Of a stretch of DNA of 64,000 bases, positions 20,210-30,771 are shown piece after piece (position 1 is the first letter of the stretch; each line of letters begins with the position of its first letter). The DNA is from Candidatus Bathyarchaeota archaeon (GTDB taxonomy: Archaea; Thermoproteota; Bathyarchaeia; Bathyarchaeales; Bathycorpusculaceae), in the NCBI GenBank assembly GCA_963715865.1, contig OY970280.1:64001-128000 (forward strand), written 5' to 3'. A model generated the notes under the pieces. The model did no database searches. It had not been told where the DNA came from and saw nothing but the letters and a program-made list of their open reading frames with translations. The position numbers and the translations under genes are program-made.

Positions 20210-20661
20210 AAAAAATGCAAACAACAAAAACATCTGTCACACTGGTAAACGCTGAAGGATTAATCGTTGGCAGAATGTGCAGTAAAGTTGCCAAACGATT
20301 ACTAAACGGAGAACAAGTAATCATCCTCAACGCTGAAAAAGCCGTTTTCTCAGGTAAAAAGAAAAGCAAAGTGGCAGAAGCCAAACAATTCTTAGAAGTA
20401 GGTGCTCCAATGCGCGGTCCATTCCATTACCGAAGACCAGACCGTTTCCTACGAAAAACCGTAAGAGGTATGGTTCCGTTTAAGCAGCCAAAAGGCAAAA
20501 ATGCCTACAAAAGACTCAAAGTATTCATGGGCGTACCTATGGAGCTTAAAGACCAAAAAATGATCACATTCGAAGAAGCTTCTTCTGCCAATCTGAGGGG
20601 TCCACATTTCACCCTTGGAGAAATGGCAAAAGAAGTTGGATGGAACAATAGGATGGAATAA
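20206..20661 (+). CDS. rpl13: Ribosomal protein uL13
   Basis: GR..S.VAK.LL.GE, GP.H.RRPD...RKTVRGM.P. Confidence 0.95.
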   Translation: MKKMQTTKTSVTLVNAEGLIVGRMCSKVAKRLLNGEQVIILNAEKAVFSGKKKSKVAEAKQFLEVGAPMRGPFHYRRPDRFLRKTVRGMVPFKQPKGKNAYKRLKVFMGVPMELKDQKMITFEEASSANLRGPHFTLGEMAKEVGWNNRME

Positions 20662-20663
20662 TT

Positions 20664-21074
20664 ATGCCAGCAAAGAAAGTTTTAGTTGTTAGTGGAAAAA
20701 GAAAAACAGCAGTCGCCCGCGCCATAGTTAAACAAGGCGTAGGCAAAGTACGAATAAACATGACTCCAGTTGAAATTTACGAACCAGACATCGCTCGCGC
20801 AAAAATAATGGAGCCTCTGCTCCAAGCAGGCGGAGACATATGGCAACAACTAGACATGGATGTTAAAACCAGCGGCGGAGGCTACATGGGACAGGCAGAA
20901 GCAGCACGCATGGCCGTTGCAAACGCACTACTGAAATGGACGAAAAGCACTCATCTACGCACAGTATTCAGCGAATATGACCGAACAATGATTGCTGGAG
21001 ACTCCCGAACTAAAGAAACCAAAAAGGTCGGCGGAGCCGGCGCCCGAGCAAAAGAACAGAAAAGTTACAGGTAG
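20664..21074 (+). CDS. rps9: Ribosomal protein uS9
   Basis: GKRKTA.ARA, GGG..GQAEA, YDRT...GD.R, QKSYR. Confidence 0.95.
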   Translation: MPAKKVLVVSGKRKTAVARAIVKQGVGKVRINMTPVEIYEPDIARAKIMEPLLQAGGDIWQQLDMDVKTSGGGYMGQAEAARMAVANALLKWTKSTHLRTVFSEYDRTMIAGDSRTKETKKVGGAGARAKEQKSYR

Positions 21075-21087
21075 GGCGAAAAAACAA

Positions 21088-21318
21088 ATGATTATTCCCG
21101 TAAGATGCTTCACATGCGGCAAACTGGTTGGAGACCAATGGGACGAATTCACAAGGCGAATCAAAACAGGCGAGAACGCAAGCGACATCTTAGACAGTTT
21201 AGGCTTGAAACGTTACTGTTGCAGGCGCATGTTGCTCTCTAACGTCGAAATCATAGATGAAGTTCTGCGCTTTTATGAAGAAACAGAGAAAAGAAAAGAA
21301 GCAAGAAACTTCTACTAA
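21088..21318 (+). CDS. rpoN: RNA polymerase subunit N (Rpo10)
   Basis: [12 protein letters not shown]...RYCCRRM; ATG 21088. Confidence 0.95.
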   Translation: MIIPVRCFTCGKLVGDQWDEFTRRIKTGENASDILDSLGLKRYCCRRMLLSNVEIIDEVLRFYEETEKRKEARNFY

Positions 21319-21339
21319 ATTTCTTTATTAAAGTAAAAA

Positions 21340-22143
21340 TTAGTGAGAATATAGTTTCTCGTATGGTCTCTTAGAGACTGGCAGTATTTTCTTGAATTTA
21401 GCGCCCAAGATTTCCTTAGGATCAGCGCCAAAGTGGTTGCAGTATTCCTTGACTAAGCTTTCAATCATCTGGATATCTCGCTTGCCAACTTCCATTATTT
21501 TGGTTCCGTTTTCTGTTTCAAGTATGTCGCCGCGTTCGTAGATTACGCCGCCATGTATTCCTGTGCCGACAAATCTGGCTTTGCATTTTTCGCCTTCTTT
21601 TAGGTTTAAGCCTAGGATTAGGATTATTCCGCCTGCCATGTACTCAGCGAGAAAGTCGCCTGCCGTTTGCCCAATGATTATCTGTGGGATTTTACGCTGG
21701 TACTCTTTCATGTGTATGCCAACCCTGTAACCAACGAAGTCTCGGACGAAGATTTTTCCGCCTCTCATCGAGTGTCCTGTTACGTCTCCAGCGTGGCCAT
21801 GAATGATTATTTGCCCCTCGTTCATTGTGTTGCCGCAGCCGTCCTGTGCGTTGCCATGTATCACTAGTTTTGGTCCGTTCATGAATGCGGCAAGGTCGTT
21901 TCCAGGTGTTCCGTAAACGTCTATTTGGATGTTTGTGTCAAGGTCGGTGCCGATATATCGTTGTCCGCAGACATTGTGTATTTCTATTCTTTCAACGCTG
22001 GTGCAGATTGCCTGTCTTAAGAGGCAGTTTAAGTCTTTGTAGTAGAGTCCCTCTGCATTGATTTTTAGCACATTATTTTCCTTTTGTACTCGCGGAAGGT
22101 ATTTTGCGTCGATTTCTATTACCTTTTTTTGTTGTTCAAGCAT
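21340..22143 (-). CDS. Glutamate synthase GXGXG domain protein
   Basis: GQRYIG, GTPGNDLAAFM, GNAQDG.GNTM, EYMAGG repeats. Confidence 0.9.
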   Translation of the reverse strand: MLEQQKKVIEIDAKYLPRVQKENNVLKINAEGLYYKDLNCLLRQAICTSVERIEIHNVCGQRYIGTDLDTNIQIDVYGTPGNDLAAFMNGPKLVIHGNAQDGCGNTMNEGQIIIHGHAGDVTGHSMRGGKIFVRDFVGYRVGIHMKEYQRKIPQIIIGQTAGDFLAEYMAGGIILILGLNLKEGEKCKARFVGTGIHGGVIYERGDILETENGTKIMEVGKRDIQMIESLVKEYCNHFGADPKEILGAKFKKILPVSKRPYEKLYSH

Positions 22144-22147
22144 GCTT

Positions 22148-23659
22148 TTACTCTCCTGCCATTTTTACGCCTAGAATCTTTAACTCAGTCCTCGTTAAGC
22201 CGACACCTCTGAGTGCTAGTCGGTTGCCTCGTAAGCTTTCGATGGCGTTTATGCCCATGCCGCCCATCATGTCTTTAATCTCTAAGCTCCAGCTTTGAAG
22301 CAAGTTAACCAGTCGCTTGGAAGCGATGTCGGGGTTGATGCGTTTGCTGATCCACGGGTCACTTGTCGCAATACCCCATGGGCATTTGCCAGTGTGGCAG
22401 CGTTGGCAAACAGTGCAGCCTATAGCTATCAAAGCTGCAGTTGCAATGTACACAGCGTCAGCGCCTAGCGCTATAGCCTTAACTACGTCAGCGCTGCTTC
22501 TTATGCCGCCAGCAGCGACGACGGAAGCTTTGTTTCTTATGCCTTCTTCTCTTAGGCGTTGGTCTACTTGTGCAATGGCTAACTCGATGGGTATGCCTAC
22601 GTTGTCTCTGATGATTTTGGGTGCTGCACCGGTTGCGCCTCTGACGCCGTCAAGAGCTATTATGTCTGCTCCAGCCCTTACCATTCCGCTGGCGATTGCA
22701 GCTGCGTTGTGAACTGCTGCGATTTTCACTGAGATAGGCTTAGTGTAGTTTGTGGCTTCTTTAAGCGCGTAAATTAACTGTCGCAAGTCCTCAATTGAGT
22801 AGATATCATGTTGAGGGTAAGGTGAAAGTGCATCTGTGCCTGTTGGTATCATGCGTGTTTTGGCTACGTTTTCGGTTACTTTTTCGCCTGGCAAGTGTCC
22901 GCCTATGCCTGGTTTTGCGCCTTGGCCTATTTTGATTTCTAGAGCAGCGCCTACGTCAAGGTATTTGGGGTGTACACCGAATCGTCCGGATGCAACTTGG
23001 ACAATGGTGTGAGCGCCATACTTGTAGAGGCTTTGGTCTAAGCCGCCTTCGCCCGTGTTAAAGTAGGTTCCACATTCGGTGGCTGCTCTGGCTAAGGATT
23101 CATGCACGTTTAAGCTTACGGCACCATAGGACATGGCAGAGAACATGATTGGCGTATCAAGGCAAAGTTGCGGAGTAAGCTGTGTCTTTAGCACTACTTC
23201 GCCGTTTTCCATTTCCAGTTCTAATTTGTCTGGTTTTGCGCCCAGATAAGTCCTAATCTCCATAGGTTCCCGCAGCGGATCGATTGAAGGGTTGGTTACT
23301 TGGCTAGCGTTTAGGAGTAGTCGGTCCCAGTAAGTGTAGTACGGTTTGTCACAGCCCATGCCTGTTAAGATTACTGCACCGCTTTCCGCTTGTTTTTTCA
23401 CGTCTCGGATTGCTTCCAGTGTCCAGTTGGCGTTGTCTCGGTTAGCGGTCGGGTTCTTTCTTATGGTAATTGCATGGGTTGGGCAGAAGGTTACGCAGCG
23501 TTGGCAGTTAACACAGTTCTCTTCCTTACTGCAGACCGTGTCAGTTTCTTCATCATAGTAATGTGTATCGTAAGTGCATTGGTTAACGCACACTTTGCAG
23601 CGTATGCAACGATTTTGGTCACGTTCAACTAAATATTCAGGAATCAAGTAAGTTTTCAT
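22148..23659 (-). CDS. Glutamate synthase FMN-binding subunit with N-terminal 2x[4Fe-4S]
   Basis: CxxCxxCxxxC twice, AMSYG, NTGEGG, QVASGRFGV, EIKIGQGAKPGIGGHLPG, C..C..C.TG.CP.GIAT. Confidence 0.95.
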   Translation of the reverse strand: MKTYLIPEYLVERDQNRCIRCKVCVNQCTYDTHYYDEETDTVCSKEENCVNCQRCVTFCPTHAITIRKNPTANRDNANWTLEAIRDVKKQAESGAVILTGMGCDKPYYTYWDRLLLNASQVTNPSIDPLREPMEIRTYLGAKPDKLELEMENGEVVLKTQLTPQLCLDTPIMFSAMSYGAVSLNVHESLARAATECGTYFNTGEGGLDQSLYKYGAHTIVQVASGRFGVHPKYLDVGAALEIKIGQGAKPGIGGHLPGEKVTENVAKTRMIPTGTDALSPYPQHDIYSIEDLRQLIYALKEATNYTKPISVKIAAVHNAAAIASGMVRAGADIIALDGVRGATGAAPKIIRDNVGIPIELAIAQVDQRLREEGIRNKASVVAAGGIRSSADVVKAIALGADAVYIATAALIAIGCTVCQRCHTGKCPWGIATSDPWISKRINPDIASKRLVNLLQSWSLEIKDMMGGMGINAIESLRGNRLALRGVGLTRTELKILGVKMAGE

Positions 23660-24798
23660 TAACTTTCTCCTCCAGCTAAGACTTCAGCAGTTTTTGGGTT
23701 GCTAGTTTTTAGTCTGCCCACCACTGGTTCTCCGCCTCTTGGGCACCAGAACTTGTCCAGGTTTGGAGAAACCAAACGCATGGCTGACTCCTCTGACGAT
23801 AAGTATAGGAAGTCGCCGTTTGAGCCAGCTACTAATGGTCGAAGTTTGATTCTGTCGGTTAGGCCTATCATTTCGCCATGGTGAGCAACGATTATGCTGA
23901 ATGGTCCATTCATTAGTAGGCTGCCGTAGGTTTGGCGCAGTGCGCTTAGAAGTTGTGCTTGTTTGGGTTCCATCTTGTCAATTTCACTCCATAACGGTGC
24001 TGCTAAGATTTGAGAAACCAGTTCGATTGGTAGGTGTTGTCTTCGCATGAGCAAGTCAACCGTGTATGCTAATACTTCGGTGTCTGTTTGCATGGTGCAC
24101 TTGTAACCATACATTTCCAGGTAGCGGCGGTTTATCCCATACGATGAGAGTTCACCGTTATGAACTACTGTCCAGTCTAGAATGTTGAATGGGTGCGCTC
24201 CGCCCCACCAGCCAGGAGTATTCGTGGGGAATCTGCCGTGGCAAGTCCAAAGGTATCCTTGGTAGTCTTCTAAGCAGAAGAACTCTGCAACGTCTTCCGG
24301 GTAACCTACGCCTTTGAATACGCCCATGTTTTTGCCGCTTGAGAAGACAAATGCCTTTCCAGTTTCAGTGTTAATGCGCATGATGGCTTCTATCACGTAA
24401 TCTTCTATCGTTTGGCCTTCAGGTCGGCGTTTTTTGGGTTGAACAAAGTACCGCCAAACTAACGGTGGGTCTTGAACGTTGGCTGGTCTTGTCTGCATTT
24501 CTTCGTTGTAGATTATGTCGAATTTTGAAGCGAGTATGCGGTCGGTTTTTTCTTTAGCGTCTTTGCTCAGGTACATTACGTGGAAAGCGTGGTAGTCTTT
24601 GAAGTCTGGGTATATGCCGTAAACTGCGAAGCCGCCGCCTAAACCGTTACCACGTTCATGCATGTTTGTTATTGCACGAACTGGATCCTTTGAAGAGAAG
24701 CGTTTACCTTCCGTATTCATCATGCCAAAAATGGAGCAGCCTGCGAAATCCTTGTCGTCTCCGAAGGGATTGATTATGTTTCTATCTTGACGGTTCAT
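23659..24798 (-). CDS. Glutamate synthase amidotransferase (Ntn GATase) subunit
   Basis: Propeptide then C-S-I-F-G, ERGNGLGGG, HGRFPTNT, HPF, VHNGE, TDTEV, D...LRP. Confidence 0.9.
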   Translation of the reverse strand: MNRQDRNIINPFGDDKDFAGCSIFGMMNTEGKRFSSKDPVRAITNMHERGNGLGGGFAVYGIYPDFKDYHAFHVMYLSKDAKEKTDRILASKFDIIYNEEMQTRPANVQDPPLVWRYFVQPKKRRPEGQTIEDYVIEAIMRINTETGKAFVFSSGKNMGVFKGVGYPEDVAEFFCLEDYQGYLWTCHGRFPTNTPGWWGGAHPFNILDWTVVHNGELSSYGINRRYLEMYGYKCTMQTDTEVLAYTVDLLMRRQHLPIELVSQILAAPLWSEIDKMEPKQAQLLSALRQTYGSLLMNGPFSIIVAHHGEMIGLTDRIKLRPLVAGSNGDFLYLSSEESAMRLVSPNLDKFWCPRGGEPVVGRLKTSNPKTAEVLAGGES

Positions 24799-24799
24799 T

Positions 24800-26080
24800 T
24801 TATTGCACCACACACATTTTTCTCTGTAAAGTTACTGGCAGTGTTGCTAAGCCAAAGTCGTCTGAGAGAAGCTTTTGCTTGAATTTTTTCACGTTTATGG
24901 CATTCTTCATAAGATAGAACAAGACGCCTGCTCGTTCAATGTAGTTCACAAGAGTCATGCCTACGATAACGTTGTTTTTAAGGACAAGTTTCTTGTACAC
25001 ATTGCGCTCCGCATAATGCTCTACGAGCACTTCCAGCGCTGGGTCTTCCTTAGGGTTAGCTAAACCTATGGAAACGATGGGAATGTCAAAGTACTTTAGG
25101 CTGCTCATGTTTGTGCCGCCCATGTACGTGGTTTTTTTACCTGCCATGTTATAGCCTGCAACTTGGCCTTCCAGGACTGCGAGGGGCCAGAGAGGCAAGA
25201 GGCGGTTCTGGTTCATAATGAAGTCGTACGCTTCAGCTACGTCGCCGCTGGCGTAAACATCAGTTACGTTTGTCTGCATCATGTTATCCACTACTATTCC
25301 CCTGTTAGTTTTCACAGCAGTTCCTGTCACCAGTTCAGTTCGTGGAACAACACCGATGGCTATAACAACAAGGTCGCAAGGTATTTGGTCACCCTTGGTT
25401 AAGATTACTCCGTCGACTACGCCTTCATTGCCTGGTTTGCCTAAGATTTTTTGAACAGACTGGCCAGTGACGATGTTGACGCCTGCCTTCCTAACGACAG
25501 CTTCCACAAGGTCTGACGCTTTCGCATCCAAGAGGAGGCTGAGAATTTTATCTTGCAATTCGACCATTGTAACTTTTAAGCCGCGTTTCAGGAGGGCTTC
25601 GGTTATGCTTATGCCGATGAGTCCTGCGCCTATGACTACTGCCGCCTTAGCGTTTATGCTATCAATTTTAGCTGCAAGCCGTTCAGCATCCTTGAAGGTA
25701 GTGAAGGTGAATACGCCATCCTTGTCTGAGCCTTCCATCTTTGGAACGAAGGGTTTGCCGCCTGTTGCAAGCAGCAACTTTTCATAAGCGACTTTTTCGC
25801 CACCTTCAAGCTGGACGGTTTTCTCTGTTAAGTTTAGAGCGGTTGCCTTTTTGCCTGTTAGTGCTTCTACGTTGTTTTCTTTCCAGAATTCGTCTGTTCG
25901 GCACTTCATCTTATTGAAGTCTGCTTTGCCACTGACAAAGTCGCTAATCATTGGACGACTGTATTGTGGACAAGGTTCTTCTGAAATTACCGTTATAGCG
26001 CCTACTGGGTCTACTTCTCGGATGGCTTCAACTGCGCCTATGCCTGCTGCTGAAGCGCCAACAATCACGTACTTTGCCAT
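24800..26080 (-). CDS. NAD(P)/FAD-dependent oxidoreductase
   Basis: GASAAG, LLLATGG, GAGLIG, YASGDVAE. Confidence 0.9.
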   Translation of the reverse strand: MAKYVIVGASAAGIGAVEAIREVDPVGAITVISEEPCPQYSRPMISDFVSGKADFNKMKCRTDEFWKENNVEALTGKKATALNLTEKTVQLEGGEKVAYEKLLLATGGKPFVPKMEGSDKDGVFTFTTFKDAERLAAKIDSINAKAAVVIGAGLIGISITEALLKRGLKVTMVELQDKILSLLLDAKASDLVEAVVRKAGVNIVTGQSVQKILGKPGNEGVVDGVILTKGDQIPCDLVVIAIGVVPRTELVTGTAVKTNRGIVVDNMMQTNVTDVYASGDVAEAYDFIMNQNRLLPLWPLAVLEGQVAGYNMAGKKTTYMGGTNMSSLKYFDIPIVSIGLANPKEDPALEVLVEHYAERNVYKKLVLKNNVIVGMTLVNYIERAGVLFYLMKNAINVKKFKQKLLSDDFGLATLPVTLQRKMCVVQ

Positions 26081-26524
26081 TTAGGGTTTCACCTCTTTGA
26101 ATACCAACGCTTGGTTGGGGCAGTTAGCAACGCATGCTGGCTCTTCGAGACCTTGGCATAAATCGCATTTGGCAACTACTTTGCCTTGTTGATCCATTTT
26201 TATGGCGCCGTATGGGCAGACCATTATGCAGGTCCAGCAGCCCATGCATTTATCTGGGTTATGAGTTACTAAACCTGTTTTTTCGTCTTTTTGCATTGCT
26301 CCTGATAAGCAAGCGGTTACGCATGGTGCGTCTTCGCAGTGTCGACATTGGATGGCGAATGATATGGGCTTGTTTACTTCTAGTCTTACTCTGCTTATTG
26401 GTTTGGGGCGTTCGCTGTTGTAGGCTTTGATTATGTCTTTTGATTTTGAGTGTTGGACTGTGCAGTAGACTTCGCATAATCCGCAGCCCATGCATAATTC
26501 TTGCTTTGCGATTATTCTTTTCAT
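26081..26524 (-). CDS. 4Fe-4S dicluster electron-transfer protein (DmsB/CooF-like)
   Basis: CMGCGLCEVYC, CRHCEDAPCVTAC, CMGCWTCIMVCP, KCDLC. Confidence 0.9.
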   Translation of the reverse strand: MKRIIAKQELCMGCGLCEVYCTVQHSKSKDIIKAYNSERPKPISRVRLEVNKPISFAIQCRHCEDAPCVTACLSGAMQKDEKTGLVTHNPDKCMGCWTCIMVCPYGAIKMDQQGKVVAKCDLCQGLEEPACVANCPNQALVFKEVKP

Positions 26525-26781
26525 TTATTTTAACTCCGTCAATATTTTTGTTTAGCGTGGACAAGTGAGCATGAAAATATGAAGTTCAGCGTCGCTTGTG
26601 CATGAAACACCCTTGCTTGTGGTTGCTTGGCTATCGTTTCTAATTATTACTTTACAGGTGTTTAATGGCATTTTTACCCCTCTTTTTATGAGAGCTAGCC
26701 CATCAAATAGCATGTATTCTATATAACTTTGTTGAAAATCATTTATATGTAAGTTAATGAACTATGTTATCTAAATGAAAC

Positions 26782-27903
26782 ATGTATCAGGTGAATGCTT
26801 TGGCAGAAAAAGACCTAGGCTATAGAAGAGTCCAATGCACAGGAAGAGGCTCATACATAATATCCCTACCCAAAGACTGGGTCCAAGACATCGGCTTAAA
26901 ACGAGGCAGCGAAATAGCCTTTAACCTCCAACCAGACTCCACACTTACGCTGGTTCCAAGAAAAATCAAAGAAAAAGAAGGCAGAGACAACTCATCTAAA
27001 CCCAAAGAATACTACATTAACGTTGACCCAAAGGAACCTCCACAATCTACCTTGCGCATGATCCGCGCGTTATACGCTATTGGTGCTGACATAATAAGAG
27101 TCCACTTCAGAAACACTCAAGACGCAGTAAAATACAAGAACGAAATAAAAAATCTGGCCAGAGACAACTTTCTTGGTTCAGAAATAATTGATGAAACATC
27201 AGACGAAATTACCCTTCAAATCCTAATAAAACACTCAGAATTCCCCATCGAAAAAGCTGTTAGAAGAATGGCTATCGTAGCACTCTCCGCAAACAGAGAC
27301 GCCATTGCCGCCCTAAAAGACAGAAGCACCACTTTATTTGACAGCGTAATCAACGCTCACAATGATGTAAACCGCTTAGGACTATACATCGTTCGCCAAC
27401 TAAAATACGGCATAGAACGAAACCTATACCGAGAACTCGGTTTTAGAACACCCAAAGAGTTTCTCTTGTACCGCATAGCAGTAAACGACATTGAAAACAT
27501 TGGCGAAAATGCCATGAATATCATAAACAATCTGGGTTCACTGCAAAAATTAATCAATGATGAAACGCTTTTCATAAAAGACCCCGTAGACGAAGAAATA
27601 TACAATCAACTAGTCAATTTCAGTTCACAAGCGCACCAGCTATACGAAGATGCCATAAAAGCAATGTTCAAAAGAGAATACAAGGATGCAGAAAAATTAA
27701 TTTCAAAACGGGAATCCATCTATCCACTAGAAAACGAGCTAATCATGCTGATGTCAAGCAAAAAACTAGACCCAAATGTAGCTTCGGTGCTACGCTTAAT
27801 TTTTGATAGTTCAAGGCGTATAATGGATTACAGTCAGAACATGGCAGAATTAACACTTAACCGCACCGTAGAAGAACTATGCACGTCCTTCGCCACAAAA
27901 TAA
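26782..27903 (+). CDS. AbrB + PhoU-domain phosphate uptake regulator
   Basis: RRVQ.TGRGSYIISLPK.W AbrB-like N-terminus; helical PhoU-like repeats. Confidence 0.85.
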   Translation: MYQVNALAEKDLGYRRVQCTGRGSYIISLPKDWVQDIGLKRGSEIAFNLQPDSTLTLVPRKIKEKEGRDNSSKPKEYYINVDPKEPPQSTLRMIRALYAIGADIIRVHFRNTQDAVKYKNEIKNLARDNFLGSEIIDETSDEITLQILIKHSEFPIEKAVRRMAIVALSANRDAIAALKDRSTTLFDSVINAHNDVNRLGLYIVRQLKYGIERNLYRELGFRTPKEFLLYRIAVNDIENIGENAMNIINNLGSLQKLINDETLFIKDPVDEEIYNQLVNFSSQAHQLYEDAIKAMFKREYKDAEKLISKRESIYPLENELIMLMSSKKLDPNVASVLRLIFDSSRRIMDYSQNMAELTLNRTVEELCTSFATK

Positions 27904-28018
27904 CAAACTCTCCACTATTTTGCTTAACTATTTACAATTTTATAGCGCCTTTTAATAAGGAGGCTATTGTTTTCCTGAGCCTAGAAAAGAAAAAAAGAAG
28001 AAAATGGTTGTTTTTATT

Positions 28019-28312
28019 TTACTTTTGGTATTCTTTGATGGATGTTGCGGGCATAGTAAGCGTTTCAGTTACGCCGTCGATTGAGCGGATTTTTTCGCCT
28101 ACAAAATGAAGCGCGTTATCGTTGCTGTCAGCTTCAAACCACACGGCAAAATCCCAGCTTCCGAAGACATTGTAAGAAGCGTTAACTCTTATGCCTTCCA
28201 TTGGCCTTTCAGATACAGATCTTAACGAATTAAAGAAGGGCTCTGTTTTCGATGGGTTCAGTTTAATTAAAACAAGGTATTTCTGCATGTTTTTTTGCAT
28301 TGTTTTCACCAC
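28019..28312 (-). CDS. Lrp/AsnC ligand-binding-domain-like (GYD-like) protein
   Basis: VFGSWDF...EA...KIRSIDGV.ET.T pattern. Confidence 0.65.
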   Translation of the reverse strand: MVKTMQKNMQKYLVLIKLNPSKTEPFFNSLRSVSERPMEGIRVNASYNVFGSWDFAVWFEADSNDNALHFVGEKIRSIDGVTETLTMPATSIKEYQK

Positions 28313-28398
28313 GCAATCTTATACTAAAAAAACATTTTAACATGTGTGACTGTAACCAGACCATAACAACTACGCAATTTTTGCGCTGCAAGCAATAA

Positions 28399-28713
28399 TC
28401 AGTTTGGTTGCAGAATTAAGAGTGCTTCCTTAATTTGAGCTTGGCATGCTTTGCATTTCTTCATAAATTCCCCATTTGCCAATGGACCGTTAACATCGCA
28501 AACGATTCTGGAGCAAGCATCATACGTAAAGCAGCACACTGGAAAACGTTCAGATTCTTTAAAGGCACCTTTAATAATTGACAATTGCGCAGCAACGTTG
28601 CTTGAAGCTTTTTCATTAGGCTCAGTGCCCATGAGCGATAGCTCGTTTAGGACATAGTCTAACCGTTTTTTTATGCTTGTCAACCCTTTACCCCGTTCCA
28701 CTTGAATGTACAA
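28399..28713 (-). CDS. Hypothetical Cys-rich protein
   Basis: 104 aa with CC..C..C...CxxC; no family recognised. Confidence 0.5.
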   Translation of the reverse strand: MYIQVERGKGLTSIKKRLDYVLNELSLMGTEPNEKASSNVAAQLSIIKGAFKESERFPVCCFTYDACSRIVCDVNGPLANGEFMKKCKACQAQIKEALLILQPN

Positions 28714-28822
28714 TAGAAGTATTAAAAAGTAATCATTTAATGAATAAAAAATTCAGGCAATTAAAGCGCATTAGCAAACAATTCACAAAATAAAACTAAA
28801 AGAAAAATTAAAGAAATTGAGT

Positions 28823-30475
28823 TTATTCTTCGCCTTCAGGACCGCCGGGCATTCCGCCTGGGCCACCTGGACCGCCTTTTGGTGATTTGGCTGTTATGAC
28901 GTCGTCTATGCGCAGTATCATGGCTGCTGATTCAGCTGCGGATTTGATGGCTTGTTCTTTGACTACGAGTGGTTCGATGACTCCGTTGTCGATGCTGTTT
29001 TGTAGTTTGCCTGTGAAAACGTTGATGCCTATGTTTTTGCCGTCTTGTGTGTCGTGTTTTGAGCGTAGTTCGACTAGGATGTCTATTGGTTCTAGTCCTG
29101 CGTTTTCTGCGAGTGTGCGTGGTATTACTTCGACTGCCTCTGCGAATGCTTCAACGGCTAATTGTTCTCTTCCGCCGACTTTTGTTGCGTACTTGCGTAG
29201 TTCTTTAGCAACTTCGATTTCTACTGCTCCTCCGCCTGCGACGATTTTGTTGTTTTCTATTACGTCTGAGATTACTGATAGTGAGTCGATCATGGCTCTT
29301 TCTGCTTCGTCAACCATTCGTTCGAGTCCTGCGCGGATGAGTATGGCTACGCTGTGTGGGTCTTTGCATTTTTCGACGAATATCATTTTGTCGTCGCCGA
29401 TTTTGCGTTCTTCAACTAAGCCTGCCATGCCTAGGTCTGCGGGTTTGAGGTCGTCTAGGTCGCTGATTATTCTTCCGCCTGTTGCTCTTGCGAGTTTTTC
29501 CATGTCTGATTCTTTTACGCGGCGTGCTGCCATTATGCCTTCTTTGGATAGGAAGTGTTGTACCATGTCGTCGATGCCTTTTTGGCAGAAGACTACGTCT
29601 GCTTTTGAGGCTTTGATTTTTGTAACCATGTCTTTCATCATGTCGGTTTCTTGGTCTAGGAATGCTTTCATTTGTGATGGGTCTTTAATGCGGATTTCAG
29701 CGCTGATTTCTGTTTTTTCTATTTCTAATGCTGACTCTAAGAGGGCGATTTTTGCGTTTTCTTTTATCTTTGGCATTCCTGGATTAACGACTTCTTTGTC
29801 AATGATTATTCCTCTGATAAGTTGAGTTTCAATGAGGCTTTTGCCTGTTTTCTTGATAAGTTGAATGTTATCTATGTCGGCTATTGTTTTGTCGCCGCGT
29901 TGCTCTGCAATTTGTTTGACTGCGTCGATGGATATTTCTGCTAGGTGCTCTCTTGCTGCGCCTACTGCTTTGCTGCTCATTGATGTTAATGCGACTTTGA
30001 GGAGTGTTTTGCGGTCGTTTACGTCAAGTGGAATGGCTATTTTGTTTAGGACTTCGATTGCTTTTTGGGATGCTTTTCGGTAGCCGCTGACTAGAATTAT
30101 TGGGTGGATGTTTTGGTCTAGGAGTTCTTCTGCTTTTTTGAGTAGCTCACTTGCTAGGACGACTGCGGTTGTTGTTCCGTCGCCGACCATGTCGTCTTGT
30201 GTTTTGGCGATTTCAACCATCATTTTTGCTGCTGGGTGTTCTACGTCTATTTCTTTTAGGATTGCTGCGCCGTCGTTTGTTATTGTTATGTCGCCAAGAG
30301 AGTCGATGAGCATTTTGTCCATGCCTCTTGGGCCTAGTGTGGTTTTGAGGACTTCGCCGATTACTCGTGCGGCCATTATGTTGTTTCTTTGGGCTTCTTT
30401 GCCCCTGCTTCTGGTTGTTCCTTCTTTAAGTATTAATACTGGCTGTCCTGAACCTGTTGTTGTTAAATACGCCAT
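28823..30475 (-). CDS. ths: Thermosome (group II chaperonin) subunit
   Basis: [37 protein letters not shown]. Confidence 0.97.
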   Translation of the reverse strand: MAYLTTTGSGQPVLILKEGTTRSRGKEAQRNNIMAARVIGEVLKTTLGPRGMDKMLIDSLGDITITNDGAAILKEIDVEHPAAKMMVEIAKTQDDMVGDGTTTAVVLASELLKKAEELLDQNIHPIILVSGYRKASQKAIEVLNKIAIPLDVNDRKTLLKVALTSMSSKAVGAAREHLAEISIDAVKQIAEQRGDKTIADIDNIQLIKKTGKSLIETQLIRGIIIDKEVVNPGMPKIKENAKIALLESALEIEKTEISAEIRIKDPSQMKAFLDQETDMMKDMVTKIKASKADVVFCQKGIDDMVQHFLSKEGIMAARRVKESDMEKLARATGGRIISDLDDLKPADLGMAGLVEERKIGDDKMIFVEKCKDPHSVAILIRAGLERMVDEAERAMIDSLSVISDVIENNKIVAGGGAVEIEVAKELRKYATKVGGREQLAVEAFAEAVEVIPRTLAENAGLEPIDILVELRSKHDTQDGKNIGINVFTGKLQNSIDNGVIEPLVVKEQAIKSAAESAAMILRIDDVITAKSPKGGPGGPGGMPGGPEGEE

Positions 30476-30506
30476 ATTGTTATCCCTACTTTAATAGAAC
30501 TTGGTT

Positions 30507-30521
30507 TTATTTCGGAAATAA
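30507..30521. promoter_or_regulatory. Palindrome TTATTTC-G-GAAATAA in the thermosome promoter
   Basis: Perfect 7-bp inverted repeat between the minus-strand TTTATA box (~30541-30546) and the start codon. Confidence 0.4.
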
Positions 30522-30720
30522 GCAAAAAAGGCAACGGCAATATAAACTTTTACCCTTAAAGTAAGCTGGTTACGCTATGTGTTTAGGGGTTAGCGAGTTC
30601 TAGCTTATTGAACTGTAGAAGTGATTTCTGGCGAAGGGTTTTTAAGATTTTTTGTGGGTTGCTGGCGTTTGTTTCACGTTTCTTTTTGTGAACGGGCGTT
30701 GTTTTTGGTTGCTCTTATAC

Positions 30721-30771
30721 GTCACGCAAGTACATTGTTACTAGTCACGCAAGTTCATGGTTACTCGTCAC
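30721..30771. repeat. Imperfect 23-bp tandem repeat (about 2.2 units)
   Basis: gtcacgcaagtacattgttacta / gtcacgcaagttcatggttactc / gtcac. Confidence 0.8.

Noticed and set aside
28887-29825. 312-aa plus-strand ORF
   Set aside because: Antisense shadow of the thermosome gene. The same applies to the many short track ORFs nested in or antisense to core genes.
30721-30771. CRISPR array
   Set aside because: Only about two adjacent units with no spacers and no cas genes.
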